Origin: Candidatus Caenarcanales bacterium
Lineage (GTDB): Bacteria; Cyanobacteriota; Vampirovibrionia; Caenarcaniphilales; Caenarcanaceae
NCBI GenBank assembly: GCA_033761855.1
Contig: JANRMG010000072.1
Coordinates: 1 to 33,121 of the forward strand
Length of the DNA: 33,121 bases
Direction: 5' to 3'
In this document: positions 13,618 to 22,456 of the stretch, piece after piece
Layout of the letters: each line of letters starts with the position of its first letter
How positions within the stretch are numbered: position 1 is the first letter of the stretch
Translations under genes and position numbers: made by a program
Notes under the pieces: model-generated
Told to the model about the DNA's origin: nothing
What the model saw: only the letters and a program-made list of their open reading frames with translations
Database searches by the model: none

Positions 13618-16323
13618 TTAAGCTCTATCTTGCTGCCGACTGATTACAAGCCACTTTGTTAACATTCTTTCAAGTTCGTCTAATCTTATGGGTTTAGAAA
13701 GATAGTCATCCATGCCCGCCTCTAAACATTTCTCTTTATCTCCTTGCATTGCATGAGCTGTTAGAGCAATGATTGGGACACTATCTTTGTTATTTTCCAA
13801 CTGTCTTATTCTTCGGGTAACCTCAAAACCATCCATTTCAGGCATTTGACAATCCATAAAAATCATGTCAAATTTTCTAATTTTTAAAATTGCTAAAGCT
13901 TCTATACCGCTGCTTACAACAGTTGATTGATAGCCCATATTTTCGAGTAATTTAGTTGTAACTCTCTGATTAATTAGGTTATCTTCGACTAACAAAATAT
14001 TACCGAGCAATTTCTTCGGTAAATTTCTCTGGAACTCAGACTTTAAGTTACCAATTTGTTCGTTCTTGGAAGATGCAAAAAAGGAATCCCAGATATTTAT
14101 TAAAGTATCCATTAAAGCCGAAGAGGTAATTGGCCTAATTAAGTAACTATCAAACAAAAATTTGTTAGATGAATTATGAAGCTTGTATTCATCTTTAGAG
14201 CCAAAGAAAACCAAAACTATATCCTTGAAGAGGGGATTTTGTTTTATTTGGCTGGCCAAATCAACCGTTTCGATTTCAGTTGAATCTCCTAAAATCAAAA
14301 TATCGTAGGGCGATCCATTATTTTTCGCATCGCTGAGCATTTTTATAGTTTCGTCATTGCTCTGAGCAGTCTCAAAGGAGTATTTCCAGCTATTGAAAAT
14401 CCTTATTATTTGATGACTGCTTAAATTATTACCAATAGCAATTAAAATTTTCAGATCTTCAAGATCTTTTCTTTTAAACTGCTCTTCCATAGATGGCTCA
14501 GCCAATTCCAACTTAAGACTAAACCAAAAAATAGAACCTTCTTTTTCTCTGCTCTCAATGCCAAGTTTGCCTCCCATCAAACCAACAAGTTTCTTGCATA
14601 TATTTAGTCCTAGTCCCTGTTGATGAGATTCCAATGATTGTTCTTTATTTTCAGGCTGAAGGAGATTATTGAGTTTCTCCTCAGAAATACCGATTCCAGT
14701 GTCGATTATAGAAATTTTCACATAATAATCTTTTTCCGAATCTTGAGGACTTTCACCCAAAAAGCCTTCTACTTTAATTTTGATTTCACCTTCATTCGTA
14801 AATTTAATGGCATTAGCCAAGAGATTAAGCATTATCTGTCTAACTTTAAATTCATCACCCACTAAATGGCTCGACAAATCCGGCGAAAAATCAATACTGA
14901 GTTCAATGCTTTTCCTTTGAACTTCCACCATGAACAAATCAACAATTTCATTTATGGCTTTTGATAAATCAAATGGCAATTTCTTTACAGGTAAACGCTT
15001 TCCTTCATGAGTAGAGAAATCCAAGATGTTTTCGATAATATTTAAAAGCTCATTTGAACAATTCTGAATTGTATAAAGGCATTCAGCTTGCTTTTCATCA
15101 AGATCAGAACTGCTTAGCAAAGAAGTCATGCCAAAAATACTATTTAATGGCGTTCTAATTTCGTGACTGATATCGGTCAAAAACTCGCTTTTTAATTTAC
15201 TGGATTCTTTGGCTTCTTTCATTAGCCTTTTTAATTCTTCTTCTGCATGCTTACGCTTACTAAGATTTTGAGTTGTACCTGTGATTCGAAGAGGCTCTCC
15301 GTGAGAAGAAAATTTTGAAATTCTCCCTTTTTCTAAAACCCAAATCCACTCTCCATATTTTTGCTGAATACGATATTCCACCTCGTAAGAAGGTGCTACT
15401 TTATTTAAGTGTGCTTTTATAGCCTCTTCAACCTTGAGTTTATCGTCTCTGTGAATCGGTCTATCGAGAATCGATCGGGAAAGTCCAAAAGTTGATAAAT
15501 CACAACCTAAGTTTGTTGCCCAAGCTTCATCGTAATAAATAATGTTTTTGGCAATATCCCACTCCCAGAGAGCCAGATCGGAATTTTCTAGTGCTGAATG
15601 CAATCTTGTTTCGTTAGTCTGAACCTGCTCTTGAGTATTTTCTATCTCCTGAGATTTTTGACTAACAATTTCTTCTATATTCTGGTTTAGCACTTCTAGC
15701 TCTGCATAACGAGAAGTAGCATTTTGCATTTCTTTATTACTTTGCCTAACTGTAATTATTAAAAAAAGGCTTTCCAAGCCAATCCAAAATATATACTCAA
15801 ACAAAAACGGGTTGGCCGAAGGAGAGGGCCTCGAAGAGACTTGGCGAGAGAAAATCTCGTAGGTGAAATGATTAAGCAGAGATACAAAACAGGCAAGTGC
15901 AATCACTCTCCATTCTCGGTACAAAGCAAGAGCAGCTAAAGAAACAAAGATATAAAATTGAGTCTCAAAATGGCTTCCAGAAAGGTAAAAAAAGAGTACA
16001 CCATAAATCATCTGAGCCATCGAAACAATATATTTTGATAGGCTCTCTTCTGGCTTGCAGAAAGTTAGATAGACAGGTAGAGAAATAATAACAAACCCCA
16101 AAAGAGTAGCCGCCAACAATGGAATATAGTTAACAAGCTCTCCAGCAGAGCTTTGATTAACTTTTATGATGGCAATTACAATTCCAGTCAGCCATTCACA
16201 CAATAAAATGAGACAAAATATCTTGTTTGTTTTATTTGTCTGCTCCTGAAAGTGCTGGCCAAAAAGTGCTTGCTTTCGGCTCTCTAATTCATCAAGGGTT
16301 TCACTTTGAATGAAAGTATTCAT
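13618..16323 (-). CDS. hybrid sensor histidine kinase (6-TM sensor, PAS, HisKA, HATPase_c, degenerate receiver, receiver)
   Basis: Six predicted TM helices in aa 35-192. PAS-like LALWEWD...YRIQQKYGEWIWV, H-box FLTDISHEIRTPLN, G-boxes DTGIGI/GLGLNICK. C-terminal REC reads LLVEDNLINQ...FMDCQMPEMDG...LTAHA...KP. Confidence 0.9.
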   Translation of the reverse strand: MNTFIQSETLDELESRKQALFGQHFQEQTNKTNKIFCLILLCEWLTGIVIAIIKVNQSSAGELVNYIPLLAATLLGFVIISLPVYLTFCKPEESLSKYIVSMAQMIYGVLFFYLSGSHFETQFYIFVSLAALALYREWRVIALACFVSLLNHFTYEIFSRQVSSRPSPSANPFLFEYIFWIGLESLFLIITVRQSNKEMQNATSRYAELEVLNQNIEEIVSQKSQEIENTQEQVQTNETRLHSALENSDLALWEWDIAKNIIYYDEAWATNLGCDLSTFGLSRSILDRPIHRDDKLKVEEAIKAHLNKVAPSYEVEYRIQQKYGEWIWVLEKGRISKFSSHGEPLRITGTTQNLSKRKHAEEELKRLMKEAKESSKLKSEFLTDISHEIRTPLNSIFGMTSLLSSSDLDEKQAECLYTIQNCSNELLNIIENILDFSTHEGKRLPVKKLPFDLSKAINEIVDLFMVEVQRKSIELSIDFSPDLSSHLVGDEFKVRQIMLNLLANAIKFTNEGEIKIKVEGFLGESPQDSEKDYYVKISIIDTGIGISEEKLNNLLQPENKEQSLESHQQGLGLNICKKLVGLMGGKLGIESREKEGSIFWFSLKLELAEPSMEEQFKRKDLEDLKILIAIGNNLSSHQIIRIFNSWKYSFETAQSNDETIKMLSDAKNNGSPYDILILGDSTEIETVDLASQIKQNPLFKDIVLVFFGSKDEYKLHNSSNKFLFDSYLIRPITSSALMDTLINIWDSFFASSKNEQIGNLKSEFQRNLPKKLLGNILLVEDNLINQRVTTKLLENMGYQSTVVSSGIEALAILKIRKFDMIFMDCQMPEMDGFEVTRRIRQLENNKDSVPIIALTAHAMQGDKEKCLEAGMDDYLSKPIRLDELERMLTKWLVISRQQDRA

Positions 16324-16925
16324 TTTTCTTTGTCTCCTTTTTTGGATTCATTGAATAGAGAACACCCAATCACTTTTGTTGTTGATTGTGAAACTATATT
16401 TTTTAAGACCAGACTTTGTATTTGCTCTTTTGCAATTCCGCTTTCCTTGTGGTTACGAGGAAGACCCAAACCCCCAACAAAACGCAAACTTCCCTCTGAA
16501 TCGTAAGCTAAAATTTGTCCTGAATTTTGAGCACCAAAGACTCTGGCCTCTTGCCCTTTTGAATCGGGCTGAACAATAATATCTGGAATTTTAATGAGTT
16601 TATTAATTAAAGGACTATCTTCATTTACATTTTTTGGTGAGACCAAAACAATAAAGACTTTAGATTGGTCACCAACTTTAGCCATTATTTTTTCCAGCTC
16701 TTTTACAGAAGCATGGCTCGATTTACAATAAGGCTGAATGAAAGCAATGAGAGTTGGCTCCGAATAAGATCTTTTGAGAGCACTTTGTTTAGGCCAATAA
16801 TTTGGCGCAGCCATAGACTTAACATTGTTGGTCTGCATCTTCCAAAGAGAAAAAGCTCCTCCAGCCATTGATATCAGCCAGAGGAGAATGAGAATAACCA
16901 AGAAAAAATCTTTTTTGGGTACCAA
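16320..16925 (-). CDS. membrane-anchored thioredoxin-fold protein (CxxS variant), translationally coupled to the kinase
   Basis: N-terminal TM helix, then LIAFIQPYCKSSHASVKEL where a thioredoxin-like CxxC would sit. Also GGLGLPRNHKESG and C-terminal VIGCSLF. Its stop overlaps the kinase ATG (ATGA), and AAGGAG lies 10 nt upstream of that ATG. Confidence 0.55.
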   Translation of the reverse strand: MVPKKDFFLVILILLWLISMAGGAFSLWKMQTNNVKSMAAPNYWPKQSALKRSYSEPTLIAFIQPYCKSSHASVKELEKIMAKVGDQSKVFIVLVSPKNVNEDSPLINKLIKIPDIIVQPDSKGQEARVFGAQNSGQILAYDSEGSLRFVGGLGLPRNHKESGIAKEQIQSLVLKNIVSQSTTKVIGCSLFNESKKGDKEK

Positions 16926-17028
16926 AACTCGTTGATTAAAAACGTTTAATTAAAGTTTTTATTCCCGATTTAAGCTCTTTTTTACAAATACGCCATTTAA
17001 CCTATTTTTTTTGTTGGTTTTAAAGGAC

Positions 17029-17060
17029 AAAAAAAGCCCTTCTAGATATTTAGAAGAGCT
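17029..17060 (-). terminator. rho-independent terminator of glnA
   Basis: On the minus strand: AGCTCTTCTA aatatc TAGAAGGGCT followed by TTTTTTT. 9 of 10 stem pairs. Lies about 55 nt past the glnA stop. Confidence 0.75.
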
Positions 17061-17114
17061 TTTAAATAAAGAGAAAAAGGGAGAGTTCACTTCTTTCTGA
17101 ACCCGACTTCGAAA

Positions 17115-18476
17115 TTAAACAACCTCGAGATACTTGTCTGTTTCCCAAGCTGAGACATAAGTTCTGTATTCATCCCATTCACGAGTCTTTGTTTTAACAA
17201 ATTCATTGAAGATGTGCTCTCCAAGAGCTTCTTTTGCAATCTTACTATTCTTGAAATTTTGTAAAGCCTCGAACAAGCTACCTGGCAAACTTGGAATTAA
17301 ATGCTCGGCTCTAGCGGCTTCATCCATGTGGTAGATATTGAGCTGCGTTGGAGCTGGCGGTTTGATTTTGTTTTCAACTCCATCGAGGCCAGCAGTTAAC
17401 ATAGCGGCAAAAGCCAAATATGGGTTACAGCTTGGATCTGGTGAGCGGAGCTCAACACGGGTGGATTTGCCTCTCTTGGCAGGAATACGAATAAGAGCAC
17501 TACGGTTAGAAGGAGACCAAGCAATATAAACTGGTGCTTCGTAACCTGGAACAAGTCTTTTGTAACTGTTAACCAAAGGATTAGTAACAACTGCAATTTC
17601 TGGAATGTGCTTAAGAAGCCCGCCAATATAGAACAAACATTTTTCGCTCAATTGGTATTCAGCTTTTTCATCAAGGAAGTAGTTATTTCCATCAGCATCG
17701 GCCAGGGATTGGTTACAGTGCATACCGGAACCATTAATACCGTAGATTGGCTTTGGCATGAAGGTTGCATGCAAACCGTATTCCGAAGCAATTTTGCGGG
17801 TTACAATTTTAAAGTTGATAACGTTATCTGCGGTGGTTAAAGCATCACCGTACTGGAAGTCGATTTCGTGCTGTCCAGCTGCCACTTCGTGGTGAGAAGC
17901 TTCGATGTTAAAACCGAGGCTTTCAAGGGTCTCAACAATTCTGCTTCTTACGTCTTCAGCCAAATCATCGGGGGCGAGGTCATAGTAACCTGCAGCATCA
18001 TGAGTATCCATGGTCACTTTGCCATTTGGATCTTTTTTGAAAAGAAAGAACTCAAGCTCTGGACCAACGTTATAGGTGTAGCCAAGTTTAGCTGCTCTTT
18101 CGAGTACGCGCTTTAGGTTGTTGCGGGGGCAACCATCAAAAGGGGTTCCATCCGGATTATAGATGTCACACATTAAACGACCAACGGTTTTACCACCTTG
18201 AGTCCAAGGCATAATTTGGAAAGTAGATTTATCTGGGTAGAAAAACATATCTGAGGTTTCAATCGATCTAAAGCCTGCGATTGAAGAACCATCCAACATG
18301 ATTTCGTTGTTTAAAGCTTTATCCAACATATCAACGTGGACTGTCATTTGCTTGGGTCTGCCGTGTAAATCGACAAACTGAAGCTGAATTAACTTAACGC
18401 CTTTCTCTCTAGAAAGCTCCATGATTTGTGAGTCGCTTAATTGTTTACGCATAGTTGATTTGCTGGCGATTGTCAT
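17115..18476 (-). CDS. glnA: glutamine synthetase type I
   Basis: Full-length GSI motifs: FVDLHG, DGSSIAGF, GPELEFFLF, NGSGMHCNQS, RVELRSPD. NIYHMDEA replaces the adenylylation-type NLYDLP, suggesting the GSI-alpha type. Confidence 0.95.
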   Translation of the reverse strand: MTIASKSTMRKQLSDSQIMELSREKGVKLIQLQFVDLHGRPKQMTVHVDMLDKALNNEIMLDGSSIAGFRSIETSDMFFYPDKSTFQIMPWTQGGKTVGRLMCDIYNPDGTPFDGCPRNNLKRVLERAAKLGYTYNVGPELEFFLFKKDPNGKVTMDTHDAAGYYDLAPDDLAEDVRSRIVETLESLGFNIEASHHEVAAGQHEIDFQYGDALTTADNVINFKIVTRKIASEYGLHATFMPKPIYGINGSGMHCNQSLADADGNNYFLDEKAEYQLSEKCLFYIGGLLKHIPEIAVVTNPLVNSYKRLVPGYEAPVYIAWSPSNRSALIRIPAKRGKSTRVELRSPDPSCNPYLAFAAMLTAGLDGVENKIKPPAPTQLNIYHMDEAARAEHLIPSLPGSLFEALQNFKNSKIAKEALGEHIFNEFVKTKTREWDEYRTYVSAWETDKYLEVV

Positions 18477-18598
18477 AATTTGAGTAGTTTTTAGAATTGA
18501 ACTAATTTAAGATTATAAATGATGAAATTAAACCCGTGTTTACCAATGGGCTTACTTTGTATTTAATTATTATTTTCTAATTTCGGAGTAATTTATAA

Positions 18599-19006
18599 AT
18601 GGATATAACCGCTCCAGCCGTACTTCTTTCGACAATTTCTTTATTAATGCTTGCCTTTACAAATCGCTTTTTAACGACTGCTTCGGTGGCGAGGAACTTG
18701 CATGAAAAATATTTGGCCAACCCACAAAAGTTTTTATTACCTCAAATTCACAACCTAAAACTTCGAATTAAATTAATTCGAGACATGCAAACCATAGGCG
18801 TATCGAGCTTATTTTTGTTTGTTTTAAGTATGTTCTTAATCTTTACTAAGCATCAGGCAATGGCAAAAATTATGTTTGGCTCTGGCTTAGTGCTTTTAAT
18901 GGTCTCTTTAATTTATTCGACAATTGAAATTTATATTTCCACCCAAGCCATTGATATTCAGCTTCGAAACCTAGAAGAGATGGATCAATCAAAAGCAGAA
19001 CATTGA
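18599..19006 (+). CDS. small 3-TM membrane protein, DUF2721-like
   Basis: N-terminal TM ending ...LMLAFTNRF, then an amphipathic segment and two further TM helices. The family assignment is from memory. Confidence 0.5.
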   Translation: MDITAPAVLLSTISLLMLAFTNRFLTTASVARNLHEKYLANPQKFLLPQIHNLKLRIKLIRDMQTIGVSSLFLFVLSMFLIFTKHQAMAKIMFGSGLVLLMVSLIYSTIEIYISTQAIDIQLRNLEEMDQSKAEH

Positions 19007-19076
19007 AGCTTCCAAGAATTAATGAAAATAAAAGCTCTGTACCTTTTTACAAAAATAAACTTCAGGTATTAATTTT

Positions 19077-20318
19077 TTATTTCAAATTTAATTTTAGTAA
19101 TTCACCCTCCAAAAAGCTCTTCAGAAACGGTTCTTTGGTGAGTACTATTGCTTTTAGGTAAGCATGCTTTGCTTCTAAATGCCTTCCTAAGCTTTTTAGC
19201 AAGTTGGCCTTTACGGCCCAATAAGGCTGGTAATCACTAACTTCAGCTTCAGGAATCTCTTCAAGTCGTTTTAAACCTTCTTGAGGTCCTTTAAATTGGC
19301 CTTCGGCAGAGGCACAGGCAACAAAAGCTCCAGTAAAAGGAGCAAATTGAAGCAGCGCTTCGTATAAATTGAGTAAAACCCTTTCATTAATTTTGCCAGT
19401 TTTATAACGCTCTGAATGGACAGACTGAATGGCTGCTTCGAGTTGAAAATGGCCAATTTGCTTTTTTTCAGCGGCTGCTTTTAATATTTGTTCAGCTTCT
19501 TCGATTAAACTCTTTTGCCACAAGTTTGTATCTTGCTCTGAGAGGGGGATATAAACACCTTTATCAGAAATTCTTGCTTTGTACCTTGATTCACAAAACA
19601 AAATCAAAGCCAACAATCCCTGAGCTTCTGCTTGATTGGGCAACAGTTTTGCGCATAAACGAGCTAACCAAATTGCTTCTTCACGGAAATTTGCACTTTT
19701 TTCATCAACACCAGAAAAATCATGCCATCCATGATTATAAGCCGCATATATTGCTTCAAGGACTGAATCTAGTCTTTCGGGTAATTCTTTTTCTTCGGGG
19801 ATTTCAAATCGTATGCCAGAGCTTTGTATTTTGCTCTTTGCTCTAACCAATCTCTGGCTGATGCTAACTGGCGAAACCAAAAAGGCTTCTGCAATTTGTT
19901 TTGCATTAAAACCCAAAATTGTTTGGAGCATCAAAGGAGTTCTAACATTTGGATCAATTGCTGGATGAGCACAAACAAAAAGTAGTTTCAACCTATGATC
20001 GGGGAAATGGCTTTGAATCATCACATCTTGCTCTTGAATTTGTGAAGTTAAAAACTTAAGTGTCTCTTCAGTTGCTTCGTGAACTTTACTGCGCCTATAA
20101 CCGTCTATGAGCTTCCGCCTGGCCGTAACTAACAACCAAGCTTCTGGGTTTGGCGGAACACCCTTTTTGGGCCAAGTCTCCAACGCGGCCATCAAAGAGT
20201 CAGAAAGAGCATCTTCAATCATTGCCAAATCTAAAGACTGAGCCTTTAAATAAGCCAGCAAACGACCGTAAGAAGCTCTTACTGTAAGTTCAAGTGTTTT
20301 TTGAGTTTGTTGAATCAA
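19077..20318 (-). CDS. ECF sigma factor with long C-terminal (TPR-like) extension, ECF42-like
   Basis: N-terminal RASYGRLLAYL...EDALSDSLMAALETWPKKGVPPNPEAWLLVTARRKLIDGYRR, then a region 4 (AKQIAEAFLVSPVSISQRLVRAK) and a ~200-aa helical extension. TTGA overlap with the upstream YCII gene. Confidence 0.8.
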   Translation of the reverse strand: MIQQTQKTLELTVRASYGRLLAYLKAQSLDLAMIEDALSDSLMAALETWPKKGVPPNPEAWLLVTARRKLIDGYRRSKVHEATEETLKFLTSQIQEQDVMIQSHFPDHRLKLLFVCAHPAIDPNVRTPLMLQTILGFNAKQIAEAFLVSPVSISQRLVRAKSKIQSSGIRFEIPEEKELPERLDSVLEAIYAAYNHGWHDFSGVDEKSANFREEAIWLARLCAKLLPNQAEAQGLLALILFCESRYKARISDKGVYIPLSEQDTNLWQKSLIEEAEQILKAAAEKKQIGHFQLEAAIQSVHSERYKTGKINERVLLNLYEALLQFAPFTGAFVACASAEGQFKGPQEGLKRLEEIPEAEVSDYQPYWAVKANLLKSLGRHLEAKHAYLKAIVLTKEPFLKSFLEGELLKLNLK

Positions 20319-20668
20319 TTCATTGAGAGTACTGGCCTGACTTCAACAATACCATTCAAGGCTGCCGGACAACGTGCAGCCCAATCCAACGCCGCATCTA
20401 AATCGGGAACATCAATAACAAAATAACCACCAAGTTGTTCTTTAGTATCAGCAAAAGGCCCATCCTGAACTTGACGTTTTCCATTCTTTACACTAACGCT
20501 TGTAGCGGCAAAAGGCGGCAATAAAGCGTTCCCACCTACCATTATTCCAGCCTCAACTACAGCTTTATTGTAGGCCATATAAGCTCCCCAGTAGGCCTCT
20601 TTCTTGTTTTCATCGGTGCGATTTTCAAACTGAGCGTTGTTTTCGTAGATTAAAAGTGTGTATTGCAT
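20315..20668 (-). CDS. YCII-related (DGPF-motif) protein
   Basis: MQYTLLIYE..., VQDGPFADTKEQLGGYFVIDVPDLDAALDWAARCP: the classic YCII/DGPF pattern. Confidence 0.85.
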   Translation of the reverse strand: MQYTLLIYENNAQFENRTDENKKEAYWGAYMAYNKAVVEAGIMVGGNALLPPFAATSVSVKNGKRQVQDGPFADTKEQLGGYFVIDVPDLDAALDWAARCPAALNGIVEVRPVLSMN

Positions 20669-20781
20669 TGGACTTCTTTCTTTTATTTGTTAAACGTTTC
20701 AGTCAGCTTATTAACTAATAAATTTATCAATTAATTACTGCTCATCTACATAACGCTTAAAACTTACTCGTTTCGACAGTC

Positions 20782-20813
20782 AAAAAAAATACTTAAATTA
20801 AAAGTTTTTAAGT
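20782..20813 (-). terminator. possible AT-rich terminator after gpsA
   Basis: Minus strand: ACTTAAA aacttttaa TTTAAGT a TTTTTTTT. The stem is only A/T pairs. Confidence 0.35.
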
Positions 20814-20825
20814 TTCCGTCTTATT

Positions 20826-21821
20826 TTAAACCAACTCTGTAAGCAATTCTTCGAGCCTATACTTTCCTTCTTTGGAAGACAAATCCAGTTCTATCATTGT
20901 TTTGGCAGCCTCGCAGACCTTGAAGTCAGCTTTGTATTTAATTGCCAAATCGTGAATCAAAGGAGTTGTCCAAAAGCCCTCTGCGACCTGGCCTTTTAGT
21001 TCTTGGTTTATTTCTTGCAGTGCTTTGCCCTTGCCGAGCATAAAGCCCGCTCTGTAGTTTCGGCTTAGAGAGCTGCTACAAGTTATATACATATCTCCAA
21101 TTCCAGCTACGGAGTATGCACTTTGTCTTTGGCCGCCCATCAATTCAACCAAGGCAGCAATTTCATTCATCGCGCGGGTCAGCATTGCTCCTTTGCCACT
21201 AGTTCCCAAATCCAAGCCATCCCAAGCTCCGGCCACGAGAGCAATTACGTTTTTGGTAGCACCAGCAATTTCGGTTCCAATCACATCTGCGCTTGTTTCT
21301 ATTTTAAGATGGCGAACCTGGAAGAGTTTACCCATTTGTTGGGTGAACTCCAAATTATTAGAGGCAATTATGGTTCGCATTGGTTTAGCGAGAGCCGCTT
21401 CGGCCGAAAGGTTTGGCCCCGAAAGAACAGCCACTTCGCAATCAAAGTTTTCTTTCCAAAGTTGGCTTATCCGCTTTGAAGTGCTTTGTTCCAAACCCTT
21501 TGTGGTGCTTAGGATTTTTTTTGGTTTTAATTCCAACTCTTTGAGTTTTTGGATTGTTTCTGGAATGGCCTCCGAAGGCAAAGCACAAAGCAAGATTTCG
21601 GAGTCTTTAATAGCCAAATTTAGATTGTCGGTTAAGAAAATAGATTCTGGAAGACTTAACTCAATTGGACGAGTAAAGCGACCAGTTTGTTTTACGTGTT
21701 CCACAAAGCGCTTGGAGCGGGTCCAGAGCTTTATTTGGTGTCCACTCGAACAAAGCATATGCGCCAAGACTGTTCCCCAGCTACCGGCGCCCAAAACCGT
21801 TATTGTTTTTGATGAATGCAA
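20826..21821 (-). CDS. gpsA: NAD(P)H-dependent glycerol-3-phosphate dehydrogenase
   Basis: ITVLGAGSWGT Rossmann motif, LSGPNLSAE, GATKNVIALVAG, RNYRAGFMLG. Confidence 0.95.
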   Translation of the reverse strand: MHSSKTITVLGAGSWGTVLAHMLCSSGHQIKLWTRSKRFVEHVKQTGRFTRPIELSLPESIFLTDNLNLAIKDSEILLCALPSEAIPETIQKLKELELKPKKILSTTKGLEQSTSKRISQLWKENFDCEVAVLSGPNLSAEAALAKPMRTIIASNNLEFTQQMGKLFQVRHLKIETSADVIGTEIAGATKNVIALVAGAWDGLDLGTSGKGAMLTRAMNEIAALVELMGGQRQSAYSVAGIGDMYITCSSSLSRNYRAGFMLGKGKALQEINQELKGQVAEGFWTTPLIHDLAIKYKADFKVCEAAKTMIELDLSSKEGKYRLEELLTELV

Positions 21822-21974
21822 ATGAGTAAAACCTACTATTGAAAAACGAAACTATCTTCAGTAACCTCCTCAATCCCACTTATCAGGGGGAAGCCAAAAA
21901 TATTTTTGCAGAAAGTTTAAAAACTAATTTTGGCTTCGGCGGTAAACTTTATCTAAAACTTATAGCTCAAAATC

Positions 21975-22367
21975 ATGAAAGAAACAATCGAAGAGTTTAT
22001 TAACCAGAGAGTTTGGACTGTTTTAGGGGTTTCTAACAACACAAACAAATTTGGCTATAAGGTATTTAAGGCGCTGCTCGACTCGGGTTACAAAGTTTAT
22101 CCCGTAAACCCAAACTGCGAGGAAATCGATGGTCACAAATGTTATCCGGATTTAACCTCTTTACCGGAAAAGCCAGAAGTAGTTAATTTAGTAATTCCAC
22201 CCTCTGTATCGGAGCGGATTGTTGGTGAATGTGCCAAACTAAAAATCGCCCGGGTATGGTTTCAGCCGGGAGCTGAGAGCCAAGAAGCCACAGAACTCGC
22301 TGAACGGAGCGGGATAAAGGTGATTTATAATGAATGCGCTATTGTGGAGCGGAAGTTTTGGGGTTAG
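21975..22367 (+). CDS. CoA-binding domain protein (YneT/YccU-like)
   Basis: WTVLGVSNNTNKFGYKV...GYKVYPVNPN...CYPDL..LPEKPEVVNLVIPP...VWFQPGAES. Confidence 0.85.
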   Translation: MKETIEEFINQRVWTVLGVSNNTNKFGYKVFKALLDSGYKVYPVNPNCEEIDGHKCYPDLTSLPEKPEVVNLVIPPSVSERIVGECAKLKIARVWFQPGAESQEATELAERSGIKVIYNECAIVERKFWG

Positions 22368-22397
22368 GTTAAAAATTATTAAAGTTTTACTGTTAAA

Positions 22398-22426
22398 TTC
22401 TCAAGTAATCAAATTAAGGATACAAT
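22398..22426 (+). promoter_or_regulatory. candidate sigma-70 promoter (TTCTCA - 17 nt - TACAAT)
   Basis: Hexamers at 22398-22403 and 22421-22426 with a 17-nt spacer, about 30 nt upstream of the 22457 ORF. Confidence 0.3.
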
Positions 22427-22453
22427 TACGTATTTACGTCAACCCTTTTACGT
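22426..22453 (+). promoter_or_regulatory. three TTACGT repeats (last within palindrome TTACGTAA) overlapping the -10 and leader
   Basis: TTACGT at 22426-22431, 22434-22439 and 22448-22453. Position fits an operator or iteron for the downstream winged-helix protein. Confidence 0.3.
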
Positions 22454-22456
22454 AAA

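Noticed and set aside
18477-18598. Searched the glnA upstream region for an NtcA-type GTA-N8-TAC site or a glutamine-riboswitch-like element
   Set aside because: I found no GTA-N8-TAC match on either strand and no recognisable riboswitch consensus by eye. Nothing is claimed there.
21193-21825. 210-aa plus-strand ORF (and the 118-aa ORF at 21123-21479) covering the same DNA as gpsA
   Set aside because: gpsA on the minus strand has unmistakable full-length motifs. The antisense ORFs are Ser/Pro/Arg/Phe-rich shadows with no motifs and no SD. Long mirror ORFs are common opposite well-conserved genes.
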